Below are positions 5,979 through 12,751 of a stretch of DNA of 12,751 nucleotides, one piece after another. The stretch covers positions 1 through 12,751 of the forward strand of contig JBDTZG010000104.1 in the NCBI GenBank assembly GCA_040005235.1, given 5' to 3'. Within the stretch, counting starts at the first letter, position 1; every line of letters begins with the position of its first letter. The DNA is from Acidobacteriota bacterium (GTDB lineage Bacteria > Acidobacteriota > Thermoanaerobaculia > Multivoradales > UBA5704). Made by a program: the position numbers and the translations under genes. Under the pieces are notes generated by a model. It was not told where the DNA came from, did no database searches, and saw only the letters and a list, made by a program, of their open reading frames with translations.

Positions 5979-8705
5979 ATGGCCGGCAAGCGGGTTTACG
6001 CCTTCGGAGCGGGATCGACCGAGAGTGAGGGGTTGGGCAAAAACCTGTTGGGGGGCAAGGGATTCGGCCTCGCCGAGATGAGCCGGCTGGGGATTCCGGT
6101 GCCGCCCGGTTTCACGATTACGACGGAAGTCTGCAACGCCTTCAACGAGAACGGCGGGAAGTACCCGGATGGGCTCGACGAAGAGGTCGCCGCCCACGTC
6201 GCCCAGCTTGAAACTTCGCTCGGTCAGAAGTTCGGCGATTCGGCGAATCCCATGCTCGTTTCCGTCCGCTCCGGCGCGCCCCTCTCGATGCCCGGGATGA
6301 TGGACACGATCCTCAATCTGGGGTTGAACGACGCGATCGTCGACGCTCAATCGAAGCTTCCCGATTTCGACACCCGCTCCCTGCTCGACGCCTATCGCCG
6401 GCTGATCGCGATGTATTCAAACATCGTGATGGACGTGCCGCGCCATCCGTTCGAAGCGGCGCTCACGGCGGCCCGCGGCAAGCAGGGGGTGGCGACCGAC
6501 GCCGAGCTGTCGCGCGAGAGTCTGGCCGAGGTCTGCTGTAAATTCATGGGGATCGTGGGCGAGGCCGGCAAGACCTTCCCGCAGGATCCGAAGGAACAGC
6601 TTTGGGGGGCGATCACCGCCGTCTTCGAAAGCTGGAACGGCGACCGCGCGAAGGCGTACCGCAAGATCAACGGCATCTCGGATTCGTTGGGCACGGCAGT
6701 CAATGTCCAGGCGATGGTGTTCGGCAACCGGGGGACCGATTGCGCGACGGGGGTGGCCTTTACCCGCAACCCGGCAACCGGCGAAGGAAAGATCTACGGC
6801 GAGTTCCTGACCAACGCGCAGGGCGAGGACGTGGTCGCCGGTATTCGCACACCGCAGACGATCGAGGCGACGCCCGAGTCGCCTGGTCTCGCCGCCGATT
6901 TTCCCGACGCGGCGCGAGACCTCGAAGCGGTCGCCAAGCGCCTGGAAGCGCATTTCCGCGATATGCAGGATCTGGAGTTCACGATCCAGCACGGCAAGCT
7001 GTTCATGCTCCAAACCCGGACGGCCAAGCGGACCGGTCCGGCCGCTGTGCGGATCGCGGCCGAGATGGTGGGCGAAGGGGTGATCGACTCGGCCGAGGCG
7101 TTGAAGCGCGTCGAGCCGCAGCACCTGGTGCAAATGCTCGCGCCGGTGTTCGACCTCGAACAGAAGAAGCAGGCCGTCGCCGACCATCGCCTGCTCGCCA
7201 AGGGGCTCCCCGCCGGACCGGGCGCCGCCGCCGGGCGGATCGCGCTCACGGCGGAGAAGGCCGCGGCGATGGCGGCGGTTCCCGGCAGCGGCCCCGTGAT
7301 CCTGGTGCGGGCCGAGACCTCGCCCGAAGACATCGTCGGCATGCACGTGGCGGCGGGGATTCTCACCTCGCGCGGCGGCATGACCTCGCACGCAGCGGTG
7401 GTGGCGCGCGGCATGGGCAAGCCCTGCGTGGTCGGCGCGGGCGATCTGTCGGTCGACGAGCACGACGGAATCCGGGTCGGCGACCGGCACCTGGCCGAAG
7501 GGGACGAGATCTCGATCGACGGCACGACCGGCGAGGTGATCGCCGGACATCTTTCGTCCGTCCCCTCCGCAGTGCTCGGCGGCCTGCGCTCGGGCCGCTC
7601 GGACGAGCCGGGGGCGAAAGCGTTTGTCGAGATTCTCGGCTGGGCCGACCAGGTGCGCCGGTTGAAAGTCCGAGCGAACGCCGACACCCCGACCGACGCC
7701 GAGGCCGCGCGGCTGTTCGGCGCCCAAGGGATCGGCCTCTGCCGCACCGAGCACATGTTTTTCGACGAGAAGCGCATCCCCTGGGTTCGCCGGATGATCC
7801 TGGCGAACGACGAGGCCGAGCGGAAGGAATCGCTCGCCCGACTGTTGCCGATGCAGCAGAGCGATTTCGAAGGGATCTTCGCCGCGCTGCCGGGCTTGCC
7901 GATCACCGTTCGCCTGCTCGATCCGCCGCTTCATGAGTTCCTGCCGCATGGCGAAAAAGCGATCCGGGCGCTCGCCGAGGAGATGGGGGTGGCACCCGAG
8001 GTGGTCGAAACGAAAGCCGAGCAGCTCCACGAGGCGAACCCGATGCTCGGCCACCGCGGCTGCCGGCTCGGGCTCACCGCCCCCGACATCTACGACATGC
8101 AGGTCGAGGCGATCGTGCGCGCCGCCTGTGTCCGTGCCAAAGCGGGCGAGAAGGTCCGGCCGGAGATTATGGTGCCGCTGGTCGGCTCGGTCACGGAAAT
8201 GGTGGCGTTGCGCGATCGGATCATCGCGGTCCGTGACCGGATTCTCGCGGCGGAAGGCCAAGCGATCGAGATCCTCATCGGCACGATGATCGAGGTACCG
8301 CGCGCGGTGCTCGTGGCGGACAAAATCGCCGAGCACGCGGATTTCTTCTCGTTCGGCACCAACGACCTCACCCAGATGACGTTCGGCTTCTCGCGCGACG
8401 ACGTCGGCAGCTTCCTGCCTCACTATCTCGAAAGCGGCATCCTGGACGTCGATCCGTTCGCCTCGGTCGACGAGGCCGGGGTGGGCCAGCTGGTTCGGAT
8501 GGCCTGCGAATCCGGGCGGGCCGCGAATCCAAATCTCCACTTGGGCGTCTGCGGCGAGCACGGCGGCGACCCTCGCTCGATCCATTTCTTCGACCAGGTC
8601 GGGCTCGACTACGTTTCCTGCTCGCCCTACCGCGTGCCGATCGCCCGGCTTGCCGCCGCCCGCGCCCGACTCGGAGTCGGCTCCGGGGGGAAGGACACGA
8701 ACTAG
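5979..8705 (+). CDS. ppdK: Pyruvate, phosphate dikinase
   Basis: LLGGKG, PVPPGFTITT, VSVRSGA..SMPGMMDTILNLG, NAQGEDVVAGIRTP, phospho-His motif GGMTSHAAVVARG, GIGLCRTEHMF, FSFGTNDLTQ and CGEHGGDP; 908 aa. Confidence 0.98.
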   Translation: MAGKRVYAFGAGSTESEGLGKNLLGGKGFGLAEMSRLGIPVPPGFTITTEVCNAFNENGGKYPDGLDEEVAAHVAQLETSLGQKFGDSANPMLVSVRSGAPLSMPGMMDTILNLGLNDAIVDAQSKLPDFDTRSLLDAYRRLIAMYSNIVMDVPRHPFEAALTAARGKQGVATDAELSRESLAEVCCKFMGIVGEAGKTFPQDPKEQLWGAITAVFESWNGDRAKAYRKINGISDSLGTAVNVQAMVFGNRGTDCATGVAFTRNPATGEGKIYGEFLTNAQGEDVVAGIRTPQTIEATPESPGLAADFPDAARDLEAVAKRLEAHFRDMQDLEFTIQHGKLFMLQTRTAKRTGPAAVRIAAEMVGEGVIDSAEALKRVEPQHLVQMLAPVFDLEQKKQAVADHRLLAKGLPAGPGAAAGRIALTAEKAAAMAAVPGSGPVILVRAETSPEDIVGMHVAAGILTSRGGMTSHAAVVARGMGKPCVVGAGDLSVDEHDGIRVGDRHLAEGDEISIDGTTGEVIAGHLSSVPSAVLGGLRSGRSDEPGAKAFVEILGWADQVRRLKVRANADTPTDAEAARLFGAQGIGLCRTEHMFFDEKRIPWVRRMILANDEAERKESLARLLPMQQSDFEGIFAALPGLPITVRLLDPPLHEFLPHGEKAIRALAEEMGVAPEVVETKAEQLHEANPMLGHRGCRLGLTAPDIYDMQVEAIVRAACVRAKAGEKVRPEIMVPLVGSVTEMVALRDRIIAVRDRILAAEGQAIEILIGTMIEVPRAVLVADKIAEHADFFSFGTNDLTQMTFGFSRDDVGSFLPHYLESGILDVDPFASVDEAGVGQLVRMACESGRAANPNLHLGVCGEHGGDPRSIHFFDQVGLDYVSCSPYRVPIARLAAARARLGVGSGGKDTN

Positions 8706-8712
8706 CCTCTCG

Positions 8713-9138
8713 ATGGACGTTCTCGACCTCGTCGCCCGCCTGATCGAGGCTCGACCGCTCTCGCAGCGAGGGGTCGAGCGATTCACGGGGGTTCGTTTGC
8801 GCGAGGATCTTTCCGCAGGAAACCCGTACTTTACGATCCTCCGCTCGGCGGCGCCGAATCCGCCGATCGTGTGGGTCGAGCTTCGCCTGCCCCTCCCCGG
8901 CGCGAGCCGCCGCGACGGCTTGGTGATCGTCGATTTCGATCCGGCCGCGATCGACGTCCGCCAGATCGATCTCACCACGCGTTTTGGAAGCCACTTCAAG
9001 GTCGAGTTCCCGAACGCCCGGCAACCGCCGAATTCGCCGCGCTACCTGATCTATACCTACCCCTGGGGAGAGCTGAGGCTCGGGTTGAGCCAGACCTCCG
9101 GCCGGCTGGAAACGATGGTGGTGGATGCGGAGCGGTAA
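8713..9138 (+). CDS. Hypothetical protein (141 aa)
   Basis: ATG 7 nt after the ppdK stop (MDVLDLVARL...). It fills the gap to the next gene with a plausible globular composition. The ORF-track start at 8650 overlaps ppdK and is unlikely. Confidence 0.7.
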   Translation: MDVLDLVARLIEARPLSQRGVERFTGVRLREDLSAGNPYFTILRSAAPNPPIVWVELRLPLPGASRRDGLVIVDFDPAAIDVRQIDLTTRFGSHFKVEFPNARQPPNSPRYLIYTYPWGELRLGLSQTSGRLETMVVDAER

Positions 9139-9164
9139 AGGGGCGAGCGAACCTGTCCCTTCGA

Positions 9165-9186
9165 TGGTAGGTTCTTCTCGAACCTA
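9165..9186 (+). promoter_or_regulatory. Putative extended -10 (TGG-TAGGTT) overlapped by perfect inverted repeat TAGGTTC-N5-GAACCTA
   Basis: The 7-bp inverted repeat is directly visible at 9168-9174 / 9180-9186, ending 22 nt upstream of ATG 9209. Confidence 0.45.
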
Positions 9187-9208
9187 AACTTCCGAGGCCC
9201 GGCCGCCG

Positions 9209-10084
9209 ATGAAACTCTTCCCGCTCGCGCCGCTTTTTTCCCTCCTGGCTTTGGCGTTCGCGCCGGTCCAAGCGGCGCCCGCGCCAGCCCCTGGTGGACC
9301 TCTGGGACCTCCGCCGGTCCTCTTGGCCCGTCTGACCCAGTCCCTACCGTTCGACATCGAAGGGGAGAGCGGGCGAAGCTTCGTCGCCGAGAAGGGGGAG
9401 ATGGTCGCGGTGAGAGCGCCCTGGCTCTACCTGGTTGACGGGATGCACCGGGCGGCGCATTCCGGATTTTCGGATTCCGACGTGGATTACCTCTCCCCGG
9501 ACGAGGTCGAGAAGCGGATGGCGAAGATCGTCCGCTACTACGACGTGCTCTCGGTGCTCCACCTGGCCCGCGATCCGGACGCCCCGGCGGACTACGTCGC
9601 GACGGTGGTGAGCGGCAATCACCTGCTCGATCAATCGGCCGACCCGATCTACTCGTTCCTCGGCGAATGGCTGCTGCGCCCTGGCAGGACGGTCTACCTG
9701 TACAACGAAGGGCGGCAGGTGGGGAGCGCCAAGATCGTCTCGTGGGAACCATCGCCCATGGGAGTCGGGCTCGGCACCTACCGCCTGGCGCCCGAGGATC
9801 TCGAATTCCACCAGGGGCAGCGATTGCTCGTTTCGTTCCGCAAGCTCGTTACCCTGCCGATCGCCGACACGCCGAAAGTCACCGAGCTGATGAAGGACAC
9901 AAAGCTGCTCGGCGCGAGCGCCGAAGGTTTCTTCGACTCCGAGTTCTTCGCCTCCGCCGATTTCGACCACGACGGCTCCTACGAGCTGCTGGTCCGGCGC
10001 TTCGCCTCCCACTCGGTCCGGTTCTCGATTTTCGAGCGCAGCGCCAAAGGCTGGGCCGAGGTTTATCGGGGGGGCGGGCGGTAG
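9209..10084 (+). CDS. Secreted hypothetical protein with C-terminal DxDxDG (FG-GAP/VCBS-like) motif
   Basis: Signal peptide MKLFPLAPLFSLLALAFAPVQA, a Pro-rich linker, and ADFDHDGSYELLV near the C-terminus. Codon pattern is GC3-rich. Confidence 0.8.
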   Translation: MKLFPLAPLFSLLALAFAPVQAAPAPAPGGPLGPPPVLLARLTQSLPFDIEGESGRSFVAEKGEMVAVRAPWLYLVDGMHRAAHSGFSDSDVDYLSPDEVEKRMAKIVRYYDVLSVLHLARDPDAPADYVATVVSGNHLLDQSADPIYSFLGEWLLRPGRTVYLYNEGRQVGSAKIVSWEPSPMGVGLGTYRLAPEDLEFHQGQRLLVSFRKLVTLPIADTPKVTELMKDTKLLGASAEGFFDSEFFASADFDHDGSYELLVRRFASHSVRFSIFERSAKGWAEVYRGGGR

Positions 10085-10104
10085 GACTCGCCTACCGCCC
10101 CGCC
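10073..10104. terminator. Hairpin shared by two convergent genes (possible bidirectional terminator or 3' stabiliser)
   Basis: GGGCGGTAGG (10076-10085), ACTCG loop, CCTACCGCCC (10091-10100): a perfect 10-bp stem, extendable by 3 bp with one bulge. It contains both TAG stops. No U-tract follows in either direction. Confidence 0.55.
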
Positions 10105-11783
10105 AAACAAGGCCCTTCCGCCCCCGGGCAAATCCTTCCCTCCGCGTGCGGGGCGATGCCTTTGGGCTCGGCTGCGCGGAGCGCTTCGATCACCACATCT
10201 TTGAGGTCCTTGCCGCTCGCCGGACAGCCGGGTACCTCCGCGATCGGCAGAAAGGTGTAGCCGTCCTGGTCACCGATTTCCGGGTTGACCAGGTAGTCGC
10301 CGGTTACCGCGAGGATCTCTTCGTCGGGTTGGACCGGAACCGCGCCCGAGGGGGTGAGGCGCACCAGGCCGGTGGCCGCTTTGTTGGCCGAGTCGTGGAC
10401 GAAGGCCCAACCCGCGATCTGGAGCCAGGTGCCGCTGCCGGGCCAGCCGTAGACCGATTGCTCCGCGGTCTGTTCGAGCAACTTACCGTTCATCCGGATC
10501 AGATGCAGGGGGGTGGGGAAGCCGAACAGCTCCTCCACCTGGCGCCGGGTAAACGTGCTGCCCGCCGCGAGGTCCTGGTTGAGCCGGAGGGTGCCCGCGT
10601 TCAGGAAGGCGATCTGCGCCCCGCAGGAGGCAAACTCCTTGAGCATCTGGTCGGTGATCCAGTCTCCGAGCGAGGTCTCGCGCCCGCGGATCTTGTTCTC
10701 TTCTGCTTCGAGGACGGTGAGGGTGCGGCCATAGACCTCTTCCAGGCAATTGGGCGCCGCCTGCTTGCTCGCGCAAAATTCCTTTTCGTGGCGCGCCTGC
10801 CACTGGTCGACCAGCGCCTGAACCTCAGGGTCTGGCTCCGGCGAGCCCGGCTGGCCCTGCCCCAGCAGCCGGTGCTCGTAGGAGACCTCCACCCGGCCGC
10901 GGTCCAGCCGGAGCTTGATTACCGAGGCGGTCCGTGCGTCCGCGTCGGCTTTGATCACCCAGCGACCGCCGACTTCGAACGCCATTTTTTCGTGGTCGTG
11001 GCCGCCGACGATCAGGTCGGGGCCTTCGTCGCCCAGAGTTTCCAGCAGCCCGCGATCTTCGGCGGCGGTCAGATGGGTCAACGCAACCACCACCTCGGCC
11101 CCCGCCTTGCGAAGCTGCGCGGTGAGCGCCCGAGCGGTTTCGTTGGGCCGGGCGAACTCGGCGTATTGAACGTCGGCGGTCGGGATCGTCAAACCGAATA
11201 GGCCGATACGGATGCCACCGCTGTTCACCAGGACCGAACGCTCGACCGCGCCGGGAGCCGCGAACGGCCGGCCGTCGTCGGTCTCCGTGAGCGTGACGTT
11301 GCCCCCCAGCCAGGTGAACTGCGACTGGCCGATGCGCGCGGCGAGAAGCCCTGAGTCCTTCTTCTTTTTCTTGTCGAACTCGTGGTTGCCGAACGTGATG
11401 AACAGCCGCGGGTCCCTCTGATCCGAGCCGTCGAGCTGGTCGAGCACCGAGATCATCTGCTCGCCGTTGTACATTCGGCTCGCGAACGAGGGGTAGAGCA
11501 GGTCGCCCGCATGCAGCACCAGCAGGTCCGGGTGCTCGCGTTCCAACTCGCGGCGGAGCGCCCGCACCCGCGCGAGGCCTCCCTGTTTCCCCCCTTCGAC
11601 CCCCTCGATCCGGTAGACGTCGTTGATCGCGAGCAGCACCGCGGTGCGCGCCCTGGAGGGCGTCGAGGCGAGGGTTTGTTGAGCGGGCGGGGCGCTCGAC
11701 GTGCAGGCGGCCAAGAGAACGATGCCGAGAATCAGCAGCGCCGGGATGCCACGCGCCTTTCCGTCATTCCGAGCGAGAGCCAT
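10092..11783 (-). CDS. Lipoprotein, bifunctional metallophosphatase / 5'-nucleotidase family
   Basis: Calcineurin-like motifs INDVY, HAGD, FGNHEFD, ALTH and VGGHDH, plus a C-terminal domain with ETSLGDWITD, FLNAGTLR and LQIAG. Lipobox LLAAC follows a hydrophobic stretch. ATG 11783 has a GGAGG SD (563 aa). Confidence 0.93.
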   Translation of the reverse strand: MALARNDGKARGIPALLILGIVLLAACTSSAPPAQQTLASTPSRARTAVLLAINDVYRIEGVEGGKQGGLARVRALRRELEREHPDLLVLHAGDLLYPSFASRMYNGEQMISVLDQLDGSDQRDPRLFITFGNHEFDKKKKKDSGLLAARIGQSQFTWLGGNVTLTETDDGRPFAAPGAVERSVLVNSGGIRIGLFGLTIPTADVQYAEFARPNETARALTAQLRKAGAEVVVALTHLTAAEDRGLLETLGDEGPDLIVGGHDHEKMAFEVGGRWVIKADADARTASVIKLRLDRGRVEVSYEHRLLGQGQPGSPEPDPEVQALVDQWQARHEKEFCASKQAAPNCLEEVYGRTLTVLEAEENKIRGRETSLGDWITDQMLKEFASCGAQIAFLNAGTLRLNQDLAAGSTFTRRQVEELFGFPTPLHLIRMNGKLLEQTAEQSVYGWPGSGTWLQIAGWAFVHDSANKAATGLVRLTPSGAVPVQPDEEILAVTGDYLVNPEIGDQDGYTFLPIAEVPGCPASGKDLKDVVIEALRAAEPKGIAPHAEGRICPGAEGPCLAGR

Positions 11784-11811
11784 ACGCGCCACCTCCGGGG
11801 AAGATCCAACC

Positions 11812-11835
11812 ATCGTACCAGCCGGCTGGTAGGAT
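11812..11835. promoter_or_regulatory. Palindromic bidirectional promoter (two back-to-back extended -10 elements)
   Basis: ATCGTACCAGCCGGCTGGTAGGAT reads TGG-TAGGAT on plus and TGG-TACGAT on minus. The core TACCAGCCGGCTGGTA (11816-11831) is a perfect 16-bp palindrome. Confidence 0.6.
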
Positions 11836-11844
11836 TCGACCCCG

Positions 11845-12702
11845 ATGCCCTCCTCCTCGACTTCCGCGCCTCAAGATCCCGAAACCAAGCGCCGGCTCGA
11901 CGCGTTCTGGAACGCCAGCCGCGACTATTACGAGCAGGCCCAGGCGGCCAACGCCGAAGCTTCGCCCGAGCGCCGGCTGCTGCTTTCGTATTTGACCCCC
12001 GGTCAGGTCGTGCTCGACCTCGGCTGCGGCTCGTGCGAAAACGCGCTCTGGATGCCCGCGGGGGTGCGGATGGTCGGCTTCGACGTCTCGACCGCCGCGC
12101 TGGTGATGGCGGGAGAGCAAATGCGCCCTGTGGCGCTTCGCCTCCGCGGCGACGGGGAGGTTCTACCCGTGGCGACGGGAAGCGTCGATGCCGTCCTTTC
12201 GACCTACGCGCTCGAACATTTCGCCGAACCGGGGCGGACGCTGCTCGAAGCGGCCCGGATCATCAAACCCGGAGGTCTCCTGCTCCTGGTAGGCTCGGCA
12301 TGGGACCTACCCTACGAGATGCCGCCGAGCCTCGATCCGAAACGGCGCCTGGAAGTGGCGCTCCGCCGCCTTGGCCGCCAGGCCATCTCGGCGGTCGATG
12401 GCCGCCACCGCTTCGACACGGTAGCCCAGCCGCGCGTGTTGACCGAAGGCTACGTCCCCGACGCCGACGCGGTCCACGTCGCGCAGTCGTTCCAGATGGT
12501 CCGCTTCCTCAAGGCCGCGGGGATGGAGATTCTGGAGCACCGATCGCTACCCCACCGCCCCGACCCCTCAGGCCCGCGCGGCTGGCTGCGCAAGGCGCTG
12601 CGCGCCCTACCGCTCTGGCGCCGCGGGTGGGGAAATACGCTGATCGTCGCCCGGCGGGGGACTTCGTTGATGGAGCCGGCGTACCGGCTGTTGCCGCTCT
12701 AG
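11845..12702 (+). CDS. Class I SAM-dependent methyltransferase
   Basis: Motif I VLDLGCGS, then VGFDVS, GDGEVLPVATGSVDAV, YALEHF and RIIKPGGLL (Methyltransf_11-like core), followed by an unassigned C-terminal region. Confidence 0.9.
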   Translation: MPSSSTSAPQDPETKRRLDAFWNASRDYYEQAQAANAEASPERRLLLSYLTPGQVVLDLGCGSCENALWMPAGVRMVGFDVSTAALVMAGEQMRPVALRLRGDGEVLPVATGSVDAVLSTYALEHFAEPGRTLLEAARIIKPGGLLLLVGSAWDLPYEMPPSLDPKRRLEVALRRLGRQAISAVDGRHRFDTVAQPRVLTEGYVPDADAVHVAQSFQMVRFLKAAGMEILEHRSLPHRPDPSGPRGWLRKALRALPLWRRGWGNTLIVARRGTSLMEPAYRLLPL

Positions 12703-12741
12703 CAGCCCGTGGTGAAAGTCCGCCCAACCGGCGCAAGGCTC

Positions 12742-12750
12742 TGGTAAAAT
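12742..12750 (+). promoter_or_regulatory. Putative extended -10 (TGG-TAAAAT) for a gene beyond the right edge
   Basis: An AT-rich TGn-TAnnnT match in high-GC DNA, same pattern as the other intergenic elements. The downstream gene is not visible. Confidence 0.45.
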
Positions 12751-12751
12751 T

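Noticed and set aside
6417-8999. 860-aa antisense ORF opposite ppdK, plus the 444-aa and 370-aa overlapping ORFs
   Set aside because: Typical shadow frames of a GC3-rich gene. They have no recognisable motifs and biased composition, and ppdK fully explains the region.
9168-9186. LexA/SOS box interpretation of GTTC-N5-GAAC
   Set aside because: Orientation and spacing match neither GAAC-N4-GTTC nor GTTC-N7-GTTC.
10146-11201. 351-aa plus-strand ORF
   Set aside because: Antisense shadow of the 5'-nucleotidase gene.
1-12751. CRISPR arrays, tRNA/rRNA, IS elements, integrases, defence genes
   Set aside because: I saw no periodic repeats, RNA gene signatures or transposase/integrase/nuclease motifs. 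Intergenic gaps are all under about 120 bp.

Overview
High-GC bacterial window with 12 protein genes and no rRNA, tRNA, CRISPR or recognisable mobile element. The GWxTD-domain gene suggests Acidobacteriota, but that is inference only. The left part is a minus-strand, operon-like run: a ferritin-like diiron protein (PaaA-like motif spacing), a 3-hydroxyacyl-CoA dehydrogenase, an atypical SDR, and a TIGR00300/ArgZ-C-terminal-type ornithine cyclodeaminase that runs off the left edge and is absent from the ORF track. Divergent from this run, on the plus strand, are folE, an exported GWxTD-like protein, a FabH-like KAS III with an insertion, ppdK, a small orphan gene and a secreted hypothetical protein. 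A lipoprotein 5'-nucleotidase converges on the secreted protein gene through a shared hairpin and diverges from a class I methyltransferase across a near-perfect 24-bp palindrome made of two back-to-back extended -10 elements. The best candidate for an undescribed system is the stand-alone PaaA-like diiron enzyme plus acyl-CoA dehydrogenase and SDR. All family calls come from manual motif reading; no searches were run.
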